Assembly (NCBI GenBank): GCA_046757165.1
Contig: JBHHXT010000058.1
Location: 1 to 24,755, forward strand
DNA: 24,755 bases
From: a bacterium
GTDB lineage: Bacteria; Zhuqueibacterota; Zhuqueibacteria; Oceanimicrobiales; Oceanimicrobiaceae
Direction: 5' to 3'
The position numbers and the translations under genes are program-made. Shown here piece by piece: positions 7,522-15,107 of the stretch (its first letter is position 1; every line of letters starts with the position of its first letter). The notes beneath the pieces are model-generated. The model was not told where the DNA came from and ran no database searches. It saw only the letters and a list, made by a program, of their open reading frames with translations.

Positions 7522-10521
7522 CTAAAAAGTATAGGATGTACTTGCGACTATCGAGCGGCCGTAAATCGGCTTCGCATAAAATAGGTCAGCCGTTGAACCG
7601 ACAATGCCATCCAGCCGCGGATCGCCTTCAACGATTCCGAGGGTATTGGTCAAATTATAGCCGTTGAATTGCAAACTTATTTTCTGACTCAGTTCAATAG
7701 TAAAGGCTGCGTTATATTGCGTGTAGGCAGGCAGCTTTTTTCTATTAGCCGGATCCGCAAACCGGTCACTGTAATGCTGGATGGTTAAGGTGAAATTCGC
7801 CGGCCCAAGCCGATAGGTTGGACTTACTGTAAAATACAGTTTTGGGATTCTCTTTATCTGGTTGCCATCTAGATTGATTTTCTCAAGTACTTTTGGTGTA
7901 TCAGGGTTATGGTCATGGTCAACCGGTTGACTAAACATCCAGTTTTTATAACGGATATCCTGCACCGTTGTAATCACATTGAGGGTGAAGGGGCCATGGC
8001 TTGCGATAATTTCCGTTTCCAGCCCATAGCCACGGCTCTTGGCTGTTTCGTTGAGGGTTATAAACTTGTCCGGGTCATTCGGGTCTTGAATAAATTCAGC
8101 AAAGGGGATACGGTCGAAGGTGCTGTAGAAGAGCGTTCCGAAGAAAGCCAGGTTGGGAACGGAGTATTTGAAACCTGTCTCATATTGATAGATATTCTCT
8201 ACATCCACTTTAGAGTTTAACCCATTTGGTCTGCTTTCATCGAGCCCGCCGGTAAAATTCATATCATCCGGGGCTCTAAATCCTTTACTTGTTCGACCAA
8301 AAAGCACCGCATTTTCGCCGAGTTTGAAATTGAGACCAAAGGACCAGGCGAACACATCATAGTTAAATTTGACAGAAGTGGTCTCACCCGTGCCGTATTG
8401 GACGTTGTCGTCCGCGGTAGTCATTTCATCACCCAGGTCAAATTCCGCCGTTTTTTCTATCCAGCCGTTCATCGTGCCGGTTTCAAAGCGCAGACCTAAA
8501 TCAAGCGTCAACTTGTGAGTAGGCGTAAACTTGTCGTTCAGAAAAAAGGCATGTACCTCCGTATCAAAGCGATAATGATTGTAGAAAGAACCGTAATCCG
8601 ACCAGCCATTTTTGGTATAGGATACGCCGGTACGATTGTTCATTAAATTCAAGGCTCTGGTTTTATCTGAGATATCGACTAATAGGTTCTGCCATTGCCA
8701 CAGGCCTTCTACGTTGCTGGTTGAGAAATAATACCCGCCATTCACATGATGCAAACTAAGTTCCTTAGATATGGAAAAAACATCGGAGAAGTCCCGCAGA
8801 GGTGTGGTAACATGCCACCATCCGTATTCGCCAACCAGACCATTCGTCGTGAGATCAGCTTGTTCTCCTGTGCGTTCACCTCGCGCATACGTATAGGTGT
8901 AATCCGCATCGGGTCCAAATACATTTCTGGCAAAAGCATCGTATTGTAACAGGGAACCAACAGGGAAAATACCAATAAATTTTGAATCTATTATCGATTT
9001 CTTAAAGGTATTTTTTAGTGTCCAGTTTTTGCCAATGCCCCAAAAAGTTTCCCCACCAAATGAAAAGACCTGCGGATTTATGCCATCGCCGAGATCAGCT
9101 ACCAGGCTTTTCCCGTTAGGTTTTGGCACATCAGCGAACCTGATATCCGAACTCGCCAGAGTTCCGAAGAGAGGGTCAAACCCTGCGATTGCTTCATAAT
9201 TGTCAGCATCCTGCAAGGGGATGTTCACATAAGAGATGTTACTATCATGGAGATACTTCATATTAACACGGAGATACCCCCTGTTCATATAATAAGTCAT
9301 GTTCGCTTTAATCTGCCCGCCCTTATCTGCTAAGAACCCCGGTGAACGAATGCCGTTAGACACTCGATAAAAGCCACCGACATGGTAGCGTAATTTCTCA
9401 CTGAGGGGTCCACCAAAATCGAGATCAGTCCGGTGATATTTGTACGTAACCCCCAAACTTTGTTTGATTTTGCCTTGAGACGTTTCGCTGCCAGTTTTGC
9501 TAATAATATTGACGATTCCCCCAGGCGCATTGCTGGCAAAAATAGAGCTGGGACCCCCTCTTACGGCTTCCACACGGGCGATGGTTTGATCAACACGCAG
9601 CCAGAGGTCGGCATTGCCGAAGGCCAGTTCAGGTTGTTCGAAAACCGGCATGCCATCTTCCTGCAAGACCACATAGCGGTAATTGCCATCCGCCGGGATA
9701 CCGCGCGCCCAGAGATTGTTATTGTTTTCACCACCAACGCTTTCAACATAAAAACCAGGTATGGATTTCAGCAGATCTGCGACATTTTGCGGAGCTTGCC
9801 CTTCGATTTTTCGTGGGTTCAGCGTTGTCACGGCCACACTGGATTCAAGCTTGGTTTCAGGATTAAAAGTGCCGGTCACGACCAGCGCTTCCATATCCAA
9901 TACATCTTCATAAAGCTTGAAATTATGCGTTGATTCTGTACCTGCAGCAACGGCCACCTCTCTTTTCGCCTTTTTGTACCCAATAAAACTGGCAACCAAA
10001 TCATAGCTGCCGGGGGGCACATTTTTTATCTGGTATTTTCCCGAAGCATCCGTTGCCGCACCCAACTCGAAACCGAAATTTGAAGAGCTATCCTCAAGAT
10101 AAACGTTTACGCCGGTGAGTGCTCCGTTCCGGTCACTGACATAGCCCTCGACTGCGCCATATACGATGTCAGAAGAATTTGCGTCGCGTTCAACCAGGGC
10201 GATGGTCCTGTGTCCGATTTTTTTGAAGGTGATTGGATATTCAGCAAGCAAATCTTCCAGCACTTCATAAATATTTTGGTCTGCTGAATATGTAAGCTTG
10301 GGCACCGTACGACCTTGAACCAACTTGTCATTATACATGACATGGACACGAAAGACCTCTTTTAGCTGGGACAGCGCCTCGCCAAGATCTATCCTCTGAG
10401 GCGCCAGGTCTACGTCGCGCCGAGACTTGGAAGCCAACTCTTGTGAGAAACCGTTGATTGTGAATAAGGCAACAGCAACGGTTATCAAAATACGTATTAT
10501 ACTTTGCGTGCCCATATTCAA
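7522..10521 (-). CDS. TonB-dependent transducer (STN-like signalling domain, carboxypeptidase-regulatory-like domain, plug and barrel)
   Basis: After the signal peptide, LGEALSQLKEVFRVHVMYND..IYEVLEDLLAEYPITFKKIG is an STN-like domain; ALVVTG; plug motifs shared with 4280-6922; ends SYTF; directly downstream of fecR. True start may be ATG at 10515. Confidence 0.92.
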   Translation of the reverse strand: MNMGTQSIIRILITVAVALFTINGFSQELASKSRRDVDLAPQRIDLGEALSQLKEVFRVHVMYNDKLVQGRTVPKLTYSADQNIYEVLEDLLAEYPITFKKIGHRTIALVERDANSSDIVYGAVEGYVSDRNGALTGVNVYLEDSSSNFGFELGAATDASGKYQIKNVPPGSYDLVASFIGYKKAKREVAVAAGTESTHNFKLYEDVLDMEALVVTGTFNPETKLESSVAVTTLNPRKIEGQAPQNVADLLKSIPGFYVESVGGENNNNLWARGIPADGNYRYVVLQEDGMPVFEQPELAFGNADLWLRVDQTIARVEAVRGGPSSIFASNAPGGIVNIISKTGSETSQGKIKQSLGVTYKYHRTDLDFGGPLSEKLRYHVGGFYRVSNGIRSPGFLADKGGQIKANMTYYMNRGYLRVNMKYLHDSNISYVNIPLQDADNYEAIAGFDPLFGTLASSDIRFADVPKPNGKSLVADLGDGINPQVFSFGGETFWGIGKNWTLKNTFKKSIIDSKFIGIFPVGSLLQYDAFARNVFGPDADYTYTYARGERTGEQADLTTNGLVGEYGWWHVTTPLRDFSDVFSISKELSLHHVNGGYYFSTSNVEGLWQWQNLLVDISDKTRALNLMNNRTGVSYTKNGWSDYGSFYNHYRFDTEVHAFFLNDKFTPTHKLTLDLGLRFETGTMNGWIEKTAEFDLGDEMTTADDNVQYGTGETTSVKFNYDVFAWSFGLNFKLGENAVLFGRTSKGFRAPDDMNFTGGLDESRPNGLNSKVDVENIYQYETGFKYSVPNLAFFGTLFYSTFDRIPFAEFIQDPNDPDKFITLNETAKSRGYGLETEIIASHGPFTLNVITTVQDIRYKNWMFSQPVDHDHNPDTPKVLEKINLDGNQIKRIPKLYFTVSPTYRLGPANFTLTIQHYSDRFADPANRKKLPAYTQYNAAFTIELSQKISLQFNGYNLTNTLGIVEGDPRLDGIVGSTADLFYAKPIYGRSIVASTSYTF

Positions 10522-10536
10522 TAAAGGTAGTTAAAC

Positions 10537-11637
10537 TTAGTTTTCTTGAGTGCCAGATTCACCAAATATGATGACATTGCCTTCCTGGCGGACCGGAATC
10601 TTTAAAACCGCAGATAAGCCCCTGGTCATGACTGCCAGATTATAGTTTTCAATTGATCCCGATACGGTTTCCTCAAGCAGACGTTCATCGGTGATCTTCA
10701 CGGTGACACCATAGGTCTCTTCGAGCCGTTTTACAATTTCTTTTAATGGCGTCTTGTTCATGACAAATTCATTCTGCCACCAGGAGGTGTATGGCAGAAC
10801 GTCGATGGCTTTTGGATGAAAATCTTTCGCCCCCTGTTTGAATGACAAAATATGTCCTGGCTTGAGCAAGAAGGGCTCACGATTCATCTTAAAGGAAACT
10901 GTATCAACCGCCATCACCTCTACTAAACCTTCTTCCAGGGCCACACGTGTGCCACTCCCTCGCGCATACACTGCGAAGCGTGTTCCAACAACCTTTATCA
11001 TTCCATCGCGCGATTCTACTACAAATTCTTTCTGTTCATCTTCAGGCATAGAGACAACATCAAAATAGGCTTCACCTATGAGAAAAAAGCAACGCTTTGT
11101 CTTAGATGTCCATTTTGCCGGATAGGTAAGCTGCGAATTGGCATTCAGAACAACTCTTGATCCATCCGGGAGATTCAATTCTGCTCGCTTACCGTATTCG
11201 GTGGTAAGTATTTTGGTTGCATCATTTGCATTTCTCAAAAACCCGAAAGGGTTAAGATTCCAAACGATTGCGGCCAGCATCGCAACCGCAATAGCGAATG
11301 CAGTGCGAGGCAGCCAGCGACGCTGTGTGCCATTACTTTTAGATTTATATTTTCTGGGTAAAGAAATGATTCTTGCGGTTGAACTGGCTTCTGATAATTG
11401 TGACAAGCGACTTCTGAGATTGCTTAATTCAATATCAAGATCCGCTTTGGGATAAGGCTGGAATTGCCCCAAACGCCAAAGTTCTGCGGCTTCTTTACAT
11501 AACTCCTGGTTTTCTGGATCAGCTTCCAGCCATTCTTGCCATCGTATTTTCTCATCCTCAGAAGCAGTTCCAGAAAGCCAGCGGCCAAATGAAACATCGA
11601 ATAATAGAGTATCGAGTTTGGAGGAACTTTCAGTCAT
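10537..11637 (-). CDS. fecR: FecR-family anti-sigma factor
   Basis: N-terminal WLEADPENQ helix, single TM segment, TEYGKRAELNLPDGSRVVLNANSQLTYP, GEAYFDV, VVGTRF, C-terminal PLKEIVKRLEETYGV domain. Confidence 0.95.
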   Translation of the reverse strand: MTESSSKLDTLLFDVSFGRWLSGTASEDEKIRWQEWLEADPENQELCKEAAELWRLGQFQPYPKADLDIELSNLRSRLSQLSEASSTARIISLPRKYKSKSNGTQRRWLPRTAFAIAVAMLAAIVWNLNPFGFLRNANDATKILTTEYGKRAELNLPDGSRVVLNANSQLTYPAKWTSKTKRCFFLIGEAYFDVVSMPEDEQKEFVVESRDGMIKVVGTRFAVYARGSGTRVALEEGLVEVMAVDTVSFKMNREPFLLKPGHILSFKQGAKDFHPKAIDVLPYTSWWQNEFVMNKTPLKEIVKRLEETYGVTVKITDERLLEETVSGSIENYNLAVMTRGLSAVLKIPVRQEGNVIIFGESGTQEN

Positions 11638-11872
11638 TTAAATATTTCCGTTGAATTTCCGTTGATGATTAATAGTTTTCTTACTTAAGGTTTTCAGTTA
11701 TATAGAGAGTAGCAGGGCGTCAATTTTAATGGTCAAGAATGAAAATTCTTAAGATTTTGTTGGAATCGGTCTTCATGGCTATAAAACGGAATAGTTTTAA
11801 TATTGCAGAGAAACTTGTTGCCAAAGAGGGTTTAAGAGTGATCGATAGATTGTTGGTGGGTGAGAAAAATGA

Positions 11873-12454
11873 TTATCCTTTGCCCAAGAATGTTTTCTTG
11901 AGTCTTTGGAAAGCCTCAGAAACGTAATTGTAAGCAACCTGCGGTGAGACTTGCATGACTTCAGCGATTTCCTTATAAGAAAGCTCATCAAACGTTCTCA
12001 AATATAAGGCTTCTCGCATTCGAGCTGGAATTTCACTCATAGCATTTTGCAAAAGCTCTTTTTTCTCCTCTCGATGTTCTTGCAGCACGACTAAATCTTC
12101 AGGAGAAAACGCATACAGATCTTCACCCGTGGCTAAGCTTTGGTGTCTGTTCTTGAGTTTGCGGTTTTTTTCAAGCATTGACAAATAATGACGCCGGACG
12201 GAACTCAATAAGTACGCCTTTACAGATGAGACGCTCGCTATGTCTTTCCGTTTTTTCCAAATATAGATAAAAACTTCTTGAATACAGTCTTTTGCCAACT
12301 CTTCAGATCGTGCCAATTTTAAACAATAATCATATAAAAAGTGGTGATGGCGAGTAAACAGCGTTTCCAGGGCTTTTTCATCGTCGAGACGCAATCGCTC
12401 CCATAGTTGTCGATCTTCGGCAGCGAGTTTATTTGATGTCTCTATAAGCGCCAT
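11873..12454 (-). CDS. ECF RNA polymerase sigma-70 factor (FecR-coupled type)
   Basis: ALETLFTRH, AKDCIQEVFIYIW (region 2), VKAYLLSSVRR, IPARMREALYLR..LSYKEIAEVM (region 4); upstream of fecR. Confidence 0.95.
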   Translation of the reverse strand: MALIETSNKLAAEDRQLWERLRLDDEKALETLFTRHHHFLYDYCLKLARSEELAKDCIQEVFIYIWKKRKDIASVSSVKAYLLSSVRRHYLSMLEKNRKLKNRHQSLATGEDLYAFSPEDLVVLQEHREEKKELLQNAMSEIPARMREALYLRTFDELSYKEIAEVMQVSPQVAYNYVSEAFQRLKKTFLGKG

Positions 12455-12495
12455 GGTAGCATCGAAAAAATTATTGAAAAGTTGGGAAATATTAA

Positions 12496-12903
12496 CCTGA
12501 ATAATTCATAAAAAAAACTGTTTTCTTTCACAAGGTTTTGTTTTATATTTAGTTAGATCAAAACCAAACACAAAACCGAGTTGGAGAAAACAGCTATGAG
12601 TAAATATACGAAACAATTGATGCTTTTTAAAGAGATTTCCGGTAAAAAAGTTGAAATTGATTTTGACGGCGGTGACGTCAGTTCGGATGCAGGCGTACTT
12701 TTTCTCAAAGAAACCGAATCGGAAATCGGAATTATTAACAAAGTTGCCGAAGCCATCATTGATAAACGACATCAGAGTTATGTCAAACATGAGACGGTTC
12801 ATCTTTTAACGCAACGTGTCTTTCAAATCGCCTCTGGTTACGAAGATGGTAATGATTGTAATGAACTTCGCCATGACCCGATTTTCAAGATGTCTTGTGA
12901 TAG
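12496..12903 (+). mobile_element. IS1380-family element, 5' remnant (left end plus about the first 100 transposase codons from ATG 12596)
   Basis: Left end CCTGAATAATTCATA; FDGGDVSSDAGVLFL and QRVFQIASGYEDGNDCNELRHDPIFK are IS1380 transposase N-terminal motifs; similarity stops at the IS66 end. Confidence 0.85.
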
Positions 12904-12956
12904 GTATCCATCCCACCAACCCCACCTTGCACCTGTTTTTAGAAATCTAGAAATCG

Positions 12957-13373
12957 CTAACATGGGCTATCGGTGGGAACCGCTCTTTTCCATTTTTGCG
13001 GTAGAAGCTCGTGAAGTTTCTTGTGCGGATGCGTGGCGATGCGGGCGATGACGTCGCGCAGATACTCGAAGGGCTCGTAATCGAGTTCTTCGGTCACCTC
13101 TTCACCGATTTTTTTCATGCCGGTGGTGTCGCCCTCCGGCTCGCTGGCCATGAACTCCAGATGGCCTTGCGCGCCATTTGGCTCGGGCACGAAGCGTTCG
13201 CTTTTGGCGCCGCAGATGAGTTTTTTGAGACGGGCGAGTTTCTGAGTCAGATAGGCGACCTGGGCTTCCAGTTGCGCCTTTTCGCTCGCGACAGCCTGGA
13301 ATTGGGAGCGAAGAAGCTGATGCTGTTCTAGAAGGGCGTCGTAAGTTAGTGGTGTCTCCCCAGGAAGTTCCAT
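12957..13373 (-). pseudogene. tnpC: IS66 TnpC with in-frame internal deletions (DDE core absent)
   Basis: Leucine-zipper N-terminus (..LKKLICGAKSERF), KKIGEEVTEELDYEP, then directly the C-terminal EPFEYLRDVIARI..LHELLPQKW; only 138 aa. Confidence 0.88.
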
Positions 13374-13400
13374 GGGGATAAGATATGTAATTTCAGCGAT

Positions 13401-13766
13401 CTATGCTACTACTTTTTCGAGAAATGTCATATTTTTTCGGCGCTTGACACTGGCAAGCTCGATGCCTTCGATGAGCAGCATCAAGTCGGCATACGGCAAA
13501 AGCAGTGAGTCAGTTTGGGCTGAGTGTGGCGGCAGTTGGAAAGAGCCACTCTCCAGGCGTTTGTAGAAAATCCAGAAGCCGCCGCGTTGCCACACCAGCA
13601 GTTTGATGCGGTCGCGCCGGCGGTTCAAGAGGACATAGACATCGCCTGAAAGCGGGTCGCGCGCCATGGCGCCGCTGACGAGGCCGCACAGGCCATCGAA
13701 GCTCTTGCGCATGTCGGTCGGCGGCAAATAGAGAAAGAAGCGCTGCGGCGTGATCAGGGGCAGCAT
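13401..13766 (-). CDS. tnpB: IS66 accessory protein TnpB (Orf2)
   Basis: PTDMRKSFDGL, DPLSGDVYVLLNRRRDRIKLLVW, KRLESGSF. Confidence 0.95.
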   Translation of the reverse strand: MLPLITPQRFFLYLPPTDMRKSFDGLCGLVSGAMARDPLSGDVYVLLNRRRDRIKLLVWQRGGFWIFYKRLESGSFQLPPHSAQTDSLLLPYADLMLLIEGIELASVKRRKNMTFLEKVVA

Positions 13767-13768
13767 GG

Positions 13769-14128
13769 CTAAAGCCGCTTGCCGGCAGCAACGGGTTGCA
13801 GAGTGATGAGGACTTTGAGCAGCTCCGGGTCAACGGCTGTGCCCAGGCTGACCACCACGCCATTGGGGTAGTGCACCACCACACCCTGGTCGCCAGCAGC
13901 AGCGGCAGACTGGACGGCGGGCTTGAGCTCGACAAAAAGGTGGCGCTTTTCCGGTTGCTGTTCGTCAGAACGATGATGCTTGCGGTAGCGCGAAAGCCAG
14001 TATTGAAAAGTCGAGAGCGCCAGCCCTTGCGACTGGCAGAAAGCTTTCTGGCTCTTGCCACTGGCCGCGTAGGCCTCGATGAGCGCAAACATCTCCTGCG
14101 CCCGGATGCTCAAACGACGGTCGGACAT
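13769..14128 (-). CDS. tnpA: IS66 accessory protein TnpA (Orf1, HTH)
   Basis: SGKSQKAFCQSQGLALSTFQYW, FVEL, VHYPNGVVV; RBS GAGGAG; overlapping arrangement with tnpB. Confidence 0.9.
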   Translation of the reverse strand: MSDRRLSIRAQEMFALIEAYAASGKSQKAFCQSQGLALSTFQYWLSRYRKHHRSDEQQPEKRHLFVELKPAVQSAAAAGDQGVVVHYPNGVVVSLGTAVDPELLKVLITLQPVAAGKRL

Positions 14129-14180
14129 CTTGCTTCTCCTCTCTCAAATCGCTGATAGTTGGGGTGGGCCGGATGGATAC

Positions 14181-14540
14181 TTCAATGGTGAGAAGGTCAC
14201 CTACCGCTACCAGGACAACAAGAAACGGCAGCACACGCCAACTCTCGATGCTGAAACGTTCATCAGCCGCTTTCTGCAGCATGTGCTGCCAAAGGGCTTT
14301 GTGAAAGTGCGCTATTACGGCTTCTTCAGTCCGCGTAAAAGAGAGACGCTCGAGCGTGTCAAAGAACTCTTTGGCTTATGCGATTCAGAAGAGAAATCCT
14401 GCTCCGCGACCGGCTGTGGCGGCGACGCTGAAGGGCGGGTGATGCGCTGTCCCAAGTGCGGCGAACCCATGGTGCTTGTCGGTGACATCAAACCGAAAAA
14501 GCATCTTCTGGGCTGGCCCTTGCAGTGGAGACCGCCTTGA
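14181..14540 (+). pseudogene. IS91-family (Y2 rolling-circle) transposase, 3' fragment
   Basis: VTYRYQD..LDAETFISRFLQHVLPKGFVKVRYYGF and C-terminal CPKCG..M zinc knuckle; 5' part replaced at the IS66 end. Confidence 0.88.
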
Positions 14541-14807
14541 TGAGCCACCCGCACAGCATCGGTTATGTCAATGTGCGAAAACATGTTCGGTTTTGCAAGG
14601 GATGGCTACGGTCTGAATCGGCTCAAAAGGCGATGTTTGTTCCAGAATCGCCAGCAAAGTGGCGCAGGCAGCGTCGAGACAAGCCAAGGACTCGCGCGTC
14701 GCCGCGACAAATCCGTCAGCAAAGCGCCTGTTCCCTTCAGAAGGCCTGTTGTTCCAGCCCGAAAAACCTTGATTGAAAATCCAAATAGCTACTGCCAGCG
14801 CGGCTCA

Positions 14808-14871
14808 GTTCAACCATGCGCTGCAAGCGGACGCAAACAACGCGTCCGTTGCAGCTCTTAAATCGTTATTT
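14808..14871 (+). other. attC-like recombination hairpin abutting the IS91-like element end
   Basis: GTTCAAC (RYYYAAC)-CATGC-GCTGCAA[G]CGGACGC-N7-GCGTCCGTTGCAGC-N9-GTTATTT: 14-bp stem with one bulged base; right spacer is atypically long. Confidence 0.5.
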
Positions 14872-15021
14872 CCGACGCTTGCCAGTTTTTGAAGTAGGGA
14901 TCATAATCTTGGTATCACAGACCTTGCAAATAACCTGTGTTCCAGCTTTTTCAGACCTTGTTTTGTATTTCTTATCACAAACATGTCACTGGAAATGAAT
15001 TATTGTTTTTGACTGAAGCAT
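14866..15021 (-). pseudogene. 51-codon zinc-ribbon ORF with in-frame TGA at the first Cys position (pseudogene or recoded)
   Basis: MLQSKTIIHFQ*HVCDKKYKTRSEKAGTQVICKVCDTKIMIPTSKTGKRRK; GGAG upstream; TGA at 14986-14988. Confidence 0.55.
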
Positions 15022-15066
15022 TTTACATCTTCTCCATGCCCCCATGCTGACTTAAATTGTACATTA

Positions 15067-15099
15067 AATTCCCCGGAGCCTTCAAGACTCCGGGGAATT
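15067..15099. terminator. Palindrome immediately downstream of the SBBP gene (terminator or REP-like)
   Basis: AATTCCCCGGAG-N9-CTCCGGGGAATT, perfect 12-bp stem just after the stop codon. Confidence 0.65.
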
Positions 15100-15107
15100 C
15101 ACCGGCT

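Larger units (their letters stand above)
12904..14180 (-). mobile_element. IS66-family element, internally deleted (1277 bp) with both terminal inverted repeats
   Basis: GTATCCATCCCACCAACCCCACC at 12904 versus reverse complement of the right end GTATCCATCCGGCCCACCCCAAC (19/23 identical); contains tnpA, tnpB and shortened tnpC; flanks TGTGATAG and TTCAATGG are not a duplication. Confidence 0.88.

Noticed and set aside
12581..13051. 156-aa ORF as an intact gene
   Set aside because: Chimera of the IS1380 N-terminus reading through into the IS66 end.
13401..13766. tnpB as an RNA-guided TnpB nuclease
   Set aside because: It is the 121-aa IS66 accessory protein, unrelated to IS200/IS605 TnpB; no RuvC motifs.
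14079..14540. 153-aa ORF as an intact gene
   Set aside because: The first ~34 codons come from the IS66 end; only 14181 onward is IS91-like.
14525..14998. Short plus-strand ORFs after the IS91 fragment
   Set aside because: No recognisable motifs; they overlap the element's non-coding end and the better-supported minus-strand zinc-ribbon ORF.
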